A stretch of DNA of 64,000 nt from the NCBI GenBank assembly GCA_036403155.1, contig DASWRM010000010.1, forward strand, positions 33,618 to 97,617. Reading direction: 5' to 3'. The stretch's first letter is position 1; each line of letters starts with the position of its first letter. Shown here piece by piece: positions 1 to 8,576 of the stretch. A program made the translations under genes and the position numbers. Below the pieces are notes generated by a model, which was not told the DNA's origin, did not search any database, and saw only the letters and a list, made by a program, of their open reading frames with translations. This DNA comes from Gaiellales bacterium. GTDB lineage: Bacteria > Actinomycetota > Thermoleophilia > Gaiellales > JAICJC01.

Positions 1-280
1 AGTCGATCTCCCGGTCTCGCGTGGGCAGCCGGACGGTCTTGACCCAGCCGGGACGGTGCTTGGGCGCCTGCTTCTGGTAGAAGACCTCGCCGTCGACGCC
101 GTTGGGGTAGCGCTTGAGCGTCAGCGGCCGGCCGCGAAGGTGCGGCATGAGGACGGGCGCGACGCGGCGGTAGTACTCGATCACCTCGCGCTTGGTGAAC
201 CCCGCGGCGGGATACAGCACCTTGTCCAGGTTCGTCAGCTTCAGCCGACGCCCGCCGACGGTCGCGAGCTCCTCGGTCAC
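1..280 (-). CDS. LigD-type polymerase/primase domain protein (NHEJ PolDom), N-terminal part only; the gene runs off the window
   Basis: Absent from the ORF track because no stop lies in the window. Reverse translation from GTG at 280 gives VTEELATVGGRRLKLTNLDKVLYPAAGFTKREVIEYYRRVAPVLMPHLRGRPLTLKRYPNGVDGEVFYQKQAPKH. This is the typical N-terminus of LigD polymerase domains. The GTG overlaps the ligase stop as GTGA. Confidence 0.75.
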   Translation of the reverse strand, partial: MTEELATVGGRRLKLTNLDKVLYPAAGFTKREVIEYYRRVAPVLMPHLRGRPLTLKRYPNGVDGEVFYQKQAPKHRPGWVKTVRLPTRDREID

Positions 281-1218
281 CGGTCGATCTGGTCGGTCGT
301 GCACTCCTCGGGCGGCTTGTCGTCGCGGAAGCGAAGCAGGCGCGCGCCGTGGCGGATACGGCCGCCGCTCGTGTGCTCGATCTGCACCTCGCAGACGAGC
401 TCGCGGCGCATGCTGTGCCAGGCGGACTCACGCTCACGCGACCACCGGCTCGGCCCCGGCTCGGCGTACTCGCCGGTGTCGTACTGCCGCACCACGTCCA
501 TCAGCTCGCGCGCCCGCTTGGCCGTGAACCCCGAGGTGTGGCCGACATGCCGGATGCTGCCGTCCGGCTCGTAGAGGCCGAGGATCAGCGACGCGACCGC
601 GCCCTTGGCCTCGCGCTCCCGCCAGCCGATGGCGACCGTGTCGATGGTGCGCTGACGCCGCACCTTGACCATGCCGACGCGCTCGCCCGGGCGGTAGGGG
701 GCGTCCAGCTGCTTGGCGACGACGCCCTCGCGGGTCTGCAGCCATGTCGCGGCGACCGAAGCGTCGGTGGTGTGCTCGATCAGGATCACGGGATCCCTGG
801 CAACCCGCTCCAGCTGCTCCCGCCGGGCGGTGAACGGCTCGTCCATCAGCGACCGGCCGTCCAGGGCGAGCAGGTCGAACGCGACGTAGCGTGCGGGCGT
901 CTCCTCCGAGAGCATCTTCACGCGCGAGGCGGCCGGGTGGATGCGCTGCTGCAGCGCCTCGAAGTCCTCATGCTCCCCGTCGGGAATGATCAGCTCGCCG
1001 TCCAGCACGTAGTCGCCGGGCGGGAAGCGCAGCTCGGGGAAGTACCGGTCGAGCGGCCGTCCGTTGCGCGACTGCACGGTGTGCGAGGCGCCGTCGACGA
1101 CGATGATCGCCCGGAAGCCGTCGAGCTTGGGCTCGTAGCCCCAGCCCTCGCCGTCCGGCAGCGCCGGAGCGGGGTTGGCGAGCTGTGGCTTGATCGGGCC
1201 CGGCGCTGTTCCGCTCAC
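277..1218 (-). CDS. ATP-dependent DNA ligase (stand-alone LigD/LigC-type ligase domain)
   Basis: Taken from ORF 277..1566, with the start re-set to GTG 1218 (VSGTAPGPIKPQLA). The adenylation motif KLDGFR is present, as is the OB-fold tail ending RLLRFRDDKPPEECT. The Arg/Ser-rich 116-aa 5' extension in the track looks like a high-GC artefact. Confidence 0.85.
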   Translation of the reverse strand: MSGTAPGPIKPQLANPAPALPDGEGWGYEPKLDGFRAIIVVDGASHTVQSRNGRPLDRYFPELRFPPGDYVLDGELIIPDGEHEDFEALQQRIHPAASRVKMLSEETPARYVAFDLLALDGRSLMDEPFTARREQLERVARDPVILIEHTTDASVAATWLQTREGVVAKQLDAPYRPGERVGMVKVRRQRTIDTVAIGWREREAKGAVASLILGLYEPDGSIRHVGHTSGFTAKRARELMDVVRQYDTGEYAEPGPSRWSRERESAWHSMRRELVCEVQIEHTSGGRIRHGARLLRFRDDKPPEECTTDQIDR

Positions 1219-1247
1219 GGTTTCACTCGTACACTGGTTGACACGAT

Positions 1248-2327
1248 ATGGCTCCCGGCCCTCTCTCTCAGACGATGGCCGCCGCCACGGCTGCGCGCGA
1301 GCCGGGTGGCGTGCCGAAACCGACGCGACTGGTCGCGATGGTACTCGACCGCTTCGAGCGCCTCGACGGCTCGCAGGCCGCGCGCGGCCGCGTGGGCGGG
1401 GGGATGCGGGTCGGCCTCGCCCTGCTGTTTGTCGCGAGCGCGCTCGCCGGTACGGTGCGCGCGCTGTCGGGCGGCGGCCTTCCCGGGCCGTCCATCGTGC
1501 TCCTCCTGATGTTCGCGGCCGTGCTGATGATGAACCGCATTGGCCGGTTCCTTCGCGACTGGTCACCCGTGCTGGTCATCCTGTTCCTGTACCTGGTCGG
1601 CTTCACCCTTGTGCAGCGTTTTCATATGCCGGTGTTCTACCGGCCGCAGTTCGACGCCGATCGCCTGATCGGCCTTGGGCAGCTTCCGACACTGCGCCTT
1701 CAGCACGCGATCGGGACGCCGCCCACGTGGCTCGGCGCCTATGCGGTCGGCACGTACCTGACACACTTCTTCTTCCCGCTGCTGGTCGGCTTCTATCTCT
1801 GGTGGCGCCGGAGCGAGGGTTTCACCCGGCTGATGTATGCGGATATCGTCGTCAGCGCGCTCGCATGTGTGACCACCGTACTGGCACCGACCGCGCCTCC
1901 GTGGCTGGCGGCGGAGCACGGGCTCGCTCCGGGAGTGCACGACGTCCTGCGGCACGCTCTGACGCAGATCGGCCTGAACGACCTGGCGCACTACAAGGGC
2001 GACGCGAAGGCCTACAACACGGTTGCCGCATTCCCCTCGATCCACGCCGCGTTCCCGGTGCTCGGATTGATCGCCCTCGTTCGCTACCGCGCCCCTCGAT
2101 GGGCGCAGGCGGCCCAGCTCGTGCAGCTGCTCTCCGTCTGGTTCGTGATCGTGTGGACGGGCGAGCACTACGTCGTCGACATCGTGGGCGGCGTGGCCTA
2201 CGCAGCCATCTCGTGGGTGGTCGTGAGCCGCCTCGCGATGGCGATCGACCGCTCGAGAGTCGCGAGCGCCGCAACGCTGGGGGCGGTCGGTCCGCCGCTG
2301 CGCCCGGCCGCCACCGCCGGCGACTGA
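1248..2327 (+). CDS. PAP2-superfamily membrane phosphatase / phosphotransferase-like protein
   Basis: The protein is polytopic. PAP2 C2/C3-like motifs are present (AFPSIHAAF and GEHYVVDIVGG). The exact start is uncertain. Confidence 0.6.
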   Translation: MAPGPLSQTMAAATAAREPGGVPKPTRLVAMVLDRFERLDGSQAARGRVGGGMRVGLALLFVASALAGTVRALSGGGLPGPSIVLLLMFAAVLMMNRIGRFLRDWSPVLVILFLYLVGFTLVQRFHMPVFYRPQFDADRLIGLGQLPTLRLQHAIGTPPTWLGAYAVGTYLTHFFFPLLVGFYLWWRRSEGFTRLMYADIVVSALACVTTVLAPTAPPWLAAEHGLAPGVHDVLRHALTQIGLNDLAHYKGDAKAYNTVAAFPSIHAAFPVLGLIALVRYRAPRWAQAAQLVQLLSVWFVIVWTGEHYVVDIVGGVAYAAISWVVVSRLAMAIDRSRVASAATLGAVGPPLRPAATAGD

Positions 2328-2346
2328 GTCCGAACTAGACTCAGCC

Positions 2347-3441
2347 ATGGCTGCGACCGACCGGACGGCCCGGCACCTCGAGCTGCTGATCGACACGATT
2401 GCGGCCGTCAACTCCTCGCTGGACATCGACGAGGTGTTCGAGCAGATCGCTTCGCGCGTCGCCGAGGCGCTCGATACGGACGCGTGCTTCGTCTACATCT
2501 ACGATCAGGCCGACGATCTGCTCGAGTTGCGGGCGACGCACGGCACCCGCTTCGACGACCCGGCGCACCGGCCGCGCATGCATCTCGGCGAAGGCATCAC
2601 CGGGACTGCCGCCGCACTCGGGCGGCCGATCATGATCGCCGAGGCCGCTCATCTCGATGCGCGCTTTGTTCGGTTCCCGAACCTGCCGGAGGAGGAGTAC
2701 GAGTCGATCCTCGCCGTGCCGGTGATGGCCCGCGACCGGCTCGAGGGCGCGCTCAACGTGCGCACCCGGCTGCCGCGGGCGTTCGGCGACGACGAGGTGG
2801 CTCTCCTGACTGCGATCGCGGGCCAGGTCGGCCAGGCGATCGAGAACGCAAAGCTCTACGAGCAGACGCGCGCGCGGGTCTCCGAGCTCGAGTCGCTGGC
2901 CGTCCAGGAGATCCACCACAGGGTCAAGAACAACCTCCAGACCGTCGCCTCGCTGCTTCGCTTACAGGCGCGCTCGCTCGCAAACGACGCCGCCGGCCGC
3001 GCGCTCGACGAGAGCGTGAACCGCATCCTCTCGATCGCGGCCGTCCACGACCTGCTGACGACGGCGCACCGCGACGACGTCGACATCGCCGGCCTGATCG
3101 GCAGGCTCGAGGCGATGCTCGCCCAGGATCTGGACGGCCGTGAGGTGGTCAGCTCGCTGGAGGCGGTGGTGCTCCCCGGCGAGCGCGCCACGGCGGTCGC
3201 GCTGGTCTTCTGTGAGCTGTTCCAGAACGCGATCGAGCACGGCAGGGGACGCATCGACGTCCGGCTTCACCGCGACGGGACGAGCGCCGTGCTCTCGGTT
3301 GCCGACGAGGGGATCGGGCCGCAGCCGGGCCGGCGGGAGGGACTCGGGCTGACCATCGCCGGCGCGCTCGTGCGCGAGGAGCTGCGCGGGCGGCTGGAGC
3401 TGCTGGGAAGGGCGGTGGCACGGTTTCCGGTCGCGTCCTGA
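2347..3441 (+). CDS. pdtaS: Soluble GAF-domain sensor histidine kinase, HisKA_2 type (PdtaS-like)
   Basis: An N-terminal GAF-like region is followed by the H-box HHRVKNNLQTVASLLRLQ, diagnostic of HisKA_2. A HATPase tail follows (VADEGIGP). The gene sits directly upstream of an ANTAR regulator. Confidence 0.85.
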   Translation: MAATDRTARHLELLIDTIAAVNSSLDIDEVFEQIASRVAEALDTDACFVYIYDQADDLLELRATHGTRFDDPAHRPRMHLGEGITGTAAALGRPIMIAEAAHLDARFVRFPNLPEEEYESILAVPVMARDRLEGALNVRTRLPRAFGDDEVALLTAIAGQVGQAIENAKLYEQTRARVSELESLAVQEIHHRVKNNLQTVASLLRLQARSLANDAAGRALDESVNRILSIAAVHDLLTTAHRDDVDIAGLIGRLEAMLAQDLDGREVVSSLEAVVLPGERATAVALVFCELFQNAIEHGRGRIDVRLHRDGTSAVLSVADEGIGPQPGRREGLGLTIAGALVREELRGRLELLGRAVARFPVAS

Positions 3442-4010
3442 TCGCCGAGGACGAGACGATCATCCGGCTGGACGTCCGGGCCATGCTCGAGCGGGCAGGC
3501 TTCGACGTCGTCGCCGAGGCACGCGACGGGCTCGAGGCCGTTCGCCTCGCGACCGCGCACGAGCCGGATCTCGCCGTGATGGACGTCAAGATGCCGAATC
3601 TGGACGGCATCGACGCGGCGCGTCAGATCATCGAGCGCCGGCCGATCCCGATCGTGATGCTCACGGCCTTCTCGGAAGCTGCGCTGGTCGGGCGCGCCGT
3701 CGACGCCGGCGTCTTCGGATATCTCGTCAAGCCGTTTCGCGAGAGTGACCTGCTTCCGGCGATCGAGGCAGCCCGCGCGAGGCACGCCGAGCTCGAGGAG
3801 GTTCGCGGCGAGGCAGGGTCCCTGCGAGCCGCGCTCGAGGCGCGGAAGGCGATCGAGCGCGCAAAGGGGCTGCTCATGGAGAAGGACGGGCTCAGCGAAG
3901 CGGACGCCTTCGCACGGCTGCGGGCCGCCAGCCAGCGGACGGGAAAGCCGCTGCGCGAGGTGGCCGACGCGGTGGTCGCGGCGTTCACTGCGAACGACCG
4001 TCCGGCATAA
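3438..4010 (+). CDS. pdtaR: ANTAR-domain response regulator (PdtaR-like); probable non-canonical CTG start
   Basis: Receiver plus ANTAR domains (KAIERAKGLLMEKDGLSEADAFARLRAASQRTGKPLREVA). The track ORF starts at ATG 3483, which removes the conserved beta1 strand and acidic pair (RVLIAEDETIIRLD) that is encoded in frame upstream. No ATG/GTG/TTG exists in this frame between the stop at 3143 and 3483. Confidence 0.8.
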   Translation: MIAEDETIIRLDVRAMLERAGFDVVAEARDGLEAVRLATAHEPDLAVMDVKMPNLDGIDAARQIIERRPIPIVMLTAFSEAALVGRAVDAGVFGYLVKPFRESDLLPAIEAARARHAELEEVRGEAGSLRAALEARKAIERAKGLLMEKDGLSEADAFARLRAASQRTGKPLREVADAVVAAFTANDRPA

Positions 4011-4085
4011 CGTGTAGTGTCAGCTCAAGGCGGGGTATCGCCCGACCGATAGTCCGAAGCAACGTCTCTGGAAGGGAAGCCCGGC

Positions 4086-4385
4086 ATGTTGCTTGCACTC
4101 GCGATCGTCGTGGCGGCTGCGCTGCTGTCGATGTGGATCTTTGCCCGGTTCGAGGACCGTGCCCCGAGCGACTTTCGGCGCAGCCTGCTGCACATGGGGC
4201 TGTCGCTGGTCGTCTTCTACATCGCGCGGCCGCTGCTGACGCCGGCCGTCGAGACGCTGGCATTTCCGCTCGACCGGTACGTCCTCGTGTTCCTCGTCGT
4301 GGTCCCCGCGCTGACGTACCGGTTCGTCAGCACGCTCTGGCTCCTGAACCTGGCGCAGCGCTCCGCGCGCTCTCGTTTCGGCTGA
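4086..4385 (+). CDS. Small hydrophobic membrane protein, function unknown
   Basis: This 99-aa ORF has about 3 predicted TM stretches. GGAAGGGAAG lies 6 nt upstream of the ATG. I recognise no family. Confidence 0.45.
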   Translation: MLLALAIVVAAALLSMWIFARFEDRAPSDFRRSLLHMGLSLVVFYIARPLLTPAVETLAFPLDRYVLVFLVVVPALTYRFVSTLWLLNLAQRSARSRFG

Positions 4386-4392
4386 CCGCGCC

Positions 4393-5313
4393 TCAGTGGT
4401 GGACGTGGTGGAAGGTCTGAGCGAACGTGTAGAACGAGGGGAACATCAGCACCACGAACATGGCGGGGAAGATCAGGAAGATGAGCGGGAAGAGCATCTT
4501 GATCGGCGCCTTCTGCGCCCGCTCCTCTGCCGTCGCCTTGCGCAGCAGCCGGCTCTCACGCGCCAGGTTACGCATGATCTGCCCGATTGAGACACCCAGC
4601 TGCTCGCCTTGGAGCACAGCGCGAACGAATGCCCGCACGCCCGGCGTGTCGCAGCGCAATAGGAGGTTGCGGAGCGCCTCCTCCGACGACAGGCCGAGGC
4701 TCTGCTCGCGGAGCGTCAGCCGCAGCTCTGCACCGAGCGGCCCGTCCACGTGCTGCGAGGCCATCTTCAGCGATGCGTTGAAGCTGAGGCCGCCCTCAAC
4801 GGTGACGACCAGCAGGTCGACGAGGTCGGGGAGCGACCGGTCGATCGCCGCGAACCGGTTGCGCGCCCGGCTCCGCACGACCGTCAGCGGGCCGAACCAG
4901 CCGATGTAGAAGGCAAGCGCGATGAATGCCAGCGTGAGCACGAACGGCGGCTGTGCCACCACGCCCAACCACACGGCCAGCCCCATCAGCGCGACGGTGC
5001 CAAGCACTCGGTAGCCGAGCAGCTTGGCTGGGGAGGTGTCGTACATGCCGGCGCCCATGAGCTGCGCGCGCATGTCCATCCGCATCTTCTCGTTCACCCG
5101 CCCGAACATGCGCTCGCCGAAGGAGTTCGCGAGCCGGTCGACTGCCGTCCGCACCGGGCTTGCACCCGCGGCCGCCTCGGGGGCGACGACGTAGCCGTAC
5201 GCCGGGATCTGCTCCAGCGTCTGCGCGGTTCGCGCACGAGGGAGGGCCAGCGCTCGCAGGAGCAGAACGATCGCGAGCCCGACGCATCCGAGTCCCAGTA
5301 GCAGCAGTGTCAT
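4393..5313 (-). CDS. tadC: Tad pilus platform protein TadC (T2SS F-domain family)
   Basis: T2SSF-type domain (LPDLVDLLVVTVEGGLSFNASL ... GVSIGQIMRNLARESR) with C-terminal TM helices. TAGGAGGG lies upstream of the ATG. Confidence 0.85.
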   Translation of the reverse strand: MTLLLLGLGCVGLAIVLLLRALALPRARTAQTLEQIPAYGYVVAPEAAAGASPVRTAVDRLANSFGERMFGRVNEKMRMDMRAQLMGAGMYDTSPAKLLGYRVLGTVALMGLAVWLGVVAQPPFVLTLAFIALAFYIGWFGPLTVVRSRARNRFAAIDRSLPDLVDLLVVTVEGGLSFNASLKMASQHVDGPLGAELRLTLREQSLGLSSEEALRNLLLRCDTPGVRAFVRAVLQGEQLGVSIGQIMRNLARESRLLRKATAEERAQKAPIKMLFPLIFLIFPAMFVVLMFPSFYTFAQTFHHVHH

Positions 5314-5325
5314 GTCGGCGCCCTC

Positions 5326-7218
5326 CTAGAGCTCGATCTTGACGATCTTCTTGATCAACAGCGACCCCGCCACGACCATCACGGAGGCCATGCAGAAGAA
5401 CACGACGCCGACCGTGGTGTGGAACAGCGGGTGCAGGTATCCCGGGTTCAGCACCGAGATTGCGAGGAGCAGGAAGACTGGCAGTGCGGTCACGATCCAG
5501 CGCGACAACCGGCCCTGCGCGGTCAGCGTCTTCACCATTCGCCGGAGTTCAGCCCGTGCGCGGATGTTCTCAGTCACCCGGTCGAGCACCTCGGCGGTGT
5601 TCCCACCTGCTTGTCGCTGGATCTGCGCCACGATTGCGATCTGACGAAGGTCGGCGTTCTGCATGCGGCGTACGGTGTCCTCAAATGCCTGATCGATGTG
5701 CATGCCCGCCTGCTCGTCGTTGACGACGCGGCTGAACTCGCTCCGCGACGGCTCGGACGCGTCCTCGATGACGACCTTCAGCGCGCCCGTCAGGCTGTGT
5801 CCCGACCGAAGCGCCGAGGCGAGCACCTCGAGGTTGATCGGCAGTTGCTCGGCGAACCGGGTCCGTGCCGATTCGGCACGCTGGTCGATCCAGGCCCTGG
5901 CAACGATGGGACCAGCCAGGCCGACCACCGCCAGTGCGGTCGCCCCGGTGAGCACGGCGAGCGCCAGACCGGCCGCGATGCCGCCGATGGTGCTCACCAC
6001 CATCAGTTGGGCGGCGCCGACGCTCACCCCGGCAACGTCGACCTCCTCCTTGAACCGCTCCCACCGCGGCTTGCCGGCAAGGGTGCGCTCCGTACGGTCG
6101 TAGATCGTCTCCGCGATGGCGGTGACGGCAGGCGTGCCGTCCTCGGGCTGCGTGAGGGCGTCCGGGTCGACGTAGCGGGTGACGCGGCGCCGCATCGCCC
6201 GACGGCCCGGCTGGACGACGACGATCACCGCGTAGGCGATCAGCATCGCGCACAGCGCCGCTACCGCGACCAGCGCAATCCATGAGGTCAGCAGCCGCTG
6301 CCACACGGTCGGGTTGTAGGAGGCGGTCGTGTCCTTGATCTCGGGCGCCCGGTAGCGGAACACCGGCGCCGTGCCATAGCCGTCGACCGACACCTGCACG
6401 TCGACGTCGGCGCCGGCGCGCGAGGGGGAGACGTACCGAAGCACGTACTGGTTGGCCAGCTGCACCCCGAGCTGGTTGAAGATCCCTCCCAGCTGCCTCG
6501 AGGTCGGCGCGTCAGTGTACGTGCCCCCGGCCCCTTGGGCCAGATCGGTCAGCGTGGTGGCATCGAAGCCCTTCCCCTCAAGCCCGACCGTGAAGATCCG
6601 CACGCCACCGTTCACGGCGTTGCCGGTGACCTCGTTCAGCGACCCCGTGCTCCCCGTATCAGCGCCGTCCGAGAGCAGGACGACCGATCCGGACTTGATG
6701 TGCGCGGAGGTGAGCATCGAGATCGCCTGGTCGGCGGCGTCGAAGATGTGCGTCCCGCTGTGTAGGGCCGGTTCGTGCGCCAGCGCGGCTGCGATCTCGC
6801 TCGCGTCGGTCGTGAACGGCAGCAGCGTCTGCGGCGTACGGCTGAACGCGACGACTGCGATCGGCTGGTTCGGCGTCCGCTGTGCGACGAAGGCACGGGC
6901 GGCCTTCATGGCGTCGGCGATCGGCGCTCCGTGCATGCTCTCGCTGGCATCGATCACGAGCACGACGCCGAAGCGATTGGAGCTCGCGTCGCCACCTGCG
7001 ACCGTGATGCCCGAGACCGGGGAGTCGTTCTCGGTGACATGGACCTCGGTCGAATCGAGCTTGGCGCCGGGCGGCAGCGTGAGCACGTAGCTGCGGCTCG
7101 GCCAGCCGAGCGAGCTGGCGCCCGAAACCGACAGGCCCGTGTCGCCGGCGAATGCCGGAGTCGCCGCGAGCCCGGCGCAGATGGTGACGATCAGGGCAGT
7201 GAGGATGCGACGTTTCAT
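5326..7218 (-). CDS. tadB: Fusion protein: signal peptide, extracytoplasmic von Willebrand A domain, then TadB platform (T2SS F) domain
   Basis: Signal peptide MKRRILTALIVTICAGLAATPAFAG. VWA domain with MIDAS-like VVLVIDASESMHG. A TM helix follows, then the T2SSF domain (LPINLEVLASALRSGHSLTGAL ... IAIVAQIQRQAGGNTAEVL). The ATG overlaps the tadA stop (ATGA). Confidence 0.85.
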   Translation of the reverse strand: MKRRILTALIVTICAGLAATPAFAGDTGLSVSGASSLGWPSRSYVLTLPPGAKLDSTEVHVTENDSPVSGITVAGGDASSNRFGVVLVIDASESMHGAPIADAMKAARAFVAQRTPNQPIAVVAFSRTPQTLLPFTTDASEIAAALAHEPALHSGTHIFDAADQAISMLTSAHIKSGSVVLLSDGADTGSTGSLNEVTGNAVNGGVRIFTVGLEGKGFDATTLTDLAQGAGGTYTDAPTSRQLGGIFNQLGVQLANQYVLRYVSPSRAGADVDVQVSVDGYGTAPVFRYRAPEIKDTTASYNPTVWQRLLTSWIALVAVAALCAMLIAYAVIVVVQPGRRAMRRRVTRYVDPDALTQPEDGTPAVTAIAETIYDRTERTLAGKPRWERFKEEVDVAGVSVGAAQLMVVSTIGGIAAGLALAVLTGATALAVVGLAGPIVARAWIDQRAESARTRFAEQLPINLEVLASALRSGHSLTGALKVVIEDASEPSRSEFSRVVNDEQAGMHIDQAFEDTVRRMQNADLRQIAIVAQIQRQAGGNTAEVLDRVTENIRARAELRRMVKTLTAQGRLSRWIVTALPVFLLLAISVLNPGYLHPLFHTTVGVVFFCMASVMVVAGSLLIKKIVKIEL

Positions 7219-8576
7219 GCCCGCACGCCCGCGAGCTTTCCGGCCGGGACGCCGCCCGGCTCGTGGAACGTGCCGTCCGGCAGCTCGACACCGTGCTTCC
7301 GGAACTTGTCGACGAAGCTCGGCCGAAGCCCGGTGGCCTCGAGCCGGCCTGTGACCACCCGGTCGGTGGTGACGCGGTCGAACCGGAACGCAAAGATGTC
7401 CTGGAGCGTGACGACATCGGACTCCATCCGCTGAACCTCCGTGATGGCGGTGACGCGGCGTGAGCCGTCCTCCAGCCGCTCGAGGTGGACGAGCAGGTCG
7501 AGCGCTCCTGCCACCTGCTGGCGGATCGCTCGCACCGGCAGGTCGAAGCCGGCCATCAGCACCATCGTCTCGATGCGCGCGAGTGCGTCGCGCGTGCCGT
7601 TGGCGTGCACGGTCGACAGCGACCCGTCATGGCCGGTGTTCATTGCCTGCAGCATGTCCAGGGCCTCGGCCCCGCGGACCTCGCCGACGATGATTCGGTC
7701 CGGCCGCATCCGCAGCGCGTTGCGGACCAGCTCGCGGATCGGGACCTCGCCCTCGCCCTCGATGTTCTTGGGGCGGGCCTCAAGGCGGAGCACGTGCCGC
7801 TGGCCGAGCTTCAGCTCGGCGGCGTCCTCGATGGTGACGATGCGCTGGTCGTTGGGCACGGCCTGGCTGAGCGCATTGAGCAGCGTCGTCTTCCCAGAGC
7901 CGGTACCGCCGGAGATGAGGATGTTCAGCTCCGCGCGGACGCAGCGGTGGAGGAAATCGACGGTCTCCTCGGACAGCGAGCCGAGGCCGACCATGTCCTC
8001 CAGTGACAGCCGCCGCTCGCCGAACTTGCGGATCGTGACGAGCGGGCCCGACAAGGAGAGCGGCGGGATCACCGCGTTGACGCGCGAGCCGTCGGGCAGG
8101 CGGGCGTCCACCATGGGTGAGGACTCATCGATGCGACGCCCGACCTGGGCGACGATCTTGTTGATGATGCGCCGCAGGTGCGACTCGTCCTGGAAGCGGA
8201 TCGGCACCTCGTAGAGACGGCCGGCGCGCTCAACCCAGACGTCGAGCGGCCCGTTGATCATGATCTCCGTCACAGAGTCGTCGGCCAGCAGTCGCTCGAT
8301 CGGGCCATGCCCGAGGATGTCGTCGGCAACCGCCTCGGCCACGAGTGCGCGGTCTTCTCGCGACAGGCCCGGCTCGGCGCGCAGGTGTCCGTCGATCGAG
8401 GACGCGACGTGGTCGCGCAGCGCGTCGCGATCTATCGCGGTGTTCGACAGCTTCGGCCCGACCTCCGAGATCACCGCCATGTGCACGCGGTTCTTGATGT
8501 CGGCGAAGGGGTCGGCCTCGAAGCTGCGCTCGTGCTGCTCGCGGCCGGCCGTGAGTCGTTCGTGGAGTTCCATCAA
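7215..8576 (-). CDS. tadA: Tad pilus secretion ATPase TadA/CpaF
   Basis: T2SSE-family ATPase with Walker A ISGGTGSGKTTLLNAL and conserved RPDRIIVGEVRGAEALDMLQAMNTGHDGS. Confidence 0.95.
   Translation of the reverse strand: MMELHERLTAGREQHERSFEADPFADIKNRVHMAVISEVGPKLSNTAIDRDALRDHVASSIDGHLRAEPGLSREDRALVAEAVADDILGHGPIERLLADDSVTEIMINGPLDVWVERAGRLYEVPIRFQDESHLRRIINKIVAQVGRRIDESSPMVDARLPDGSRVNAVIPPLSLSGPLVTIRKFGERRLSLEDMVGLGSLSEETVDFLHRCVRAELNILISGGTGSGKTTLLNALSQAVPNDQRIVTIEDAAELKLGQRHVLRLEARPKNIEGEGEVPIRELVRNALRMRPDRIIVGEVRGAEALDMLQAMNTGHDGSLSTVHANGTRDALARIETMVLMAGFDLPVRAIRQQVAGALDLLVHLERLEDGSRRVTAITEVQRMESDVVTLQDIFAFRFDRVTTDRVVTGRLEATGLRPSFVDKFRKHGVELPDGTFHEPGGVPAGKLAGVRA

Noticed and set aside
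349-1509. Long ORFs antisense to, or frame-shifted over, real genes. Examples: 349..1509(+), 15832..17934(+), 24343..26028(-), 31959..33758(-), 39125..40786(+), 51384..53051(-), 55702..57399(-), 28539..29927(+).
   Set aside because: Their products are Arg/Ala/Gly/Pro-rich and low in complexity, with no motifs. They lie opposite genes with unmistakable family signatures. This is the expected artefact of stop-codon scarcity in very GC-rich DNA.
3421-3441. pdtaS-pdtaR as a frameshifted hybrid kinase-regulator fusion.
   Set aside because: The kinase HATPase domain is complete before its TGA. Separate PdtaS and PdtaR proteins are the established arrangement. A non-canonical start explains the data more simply.
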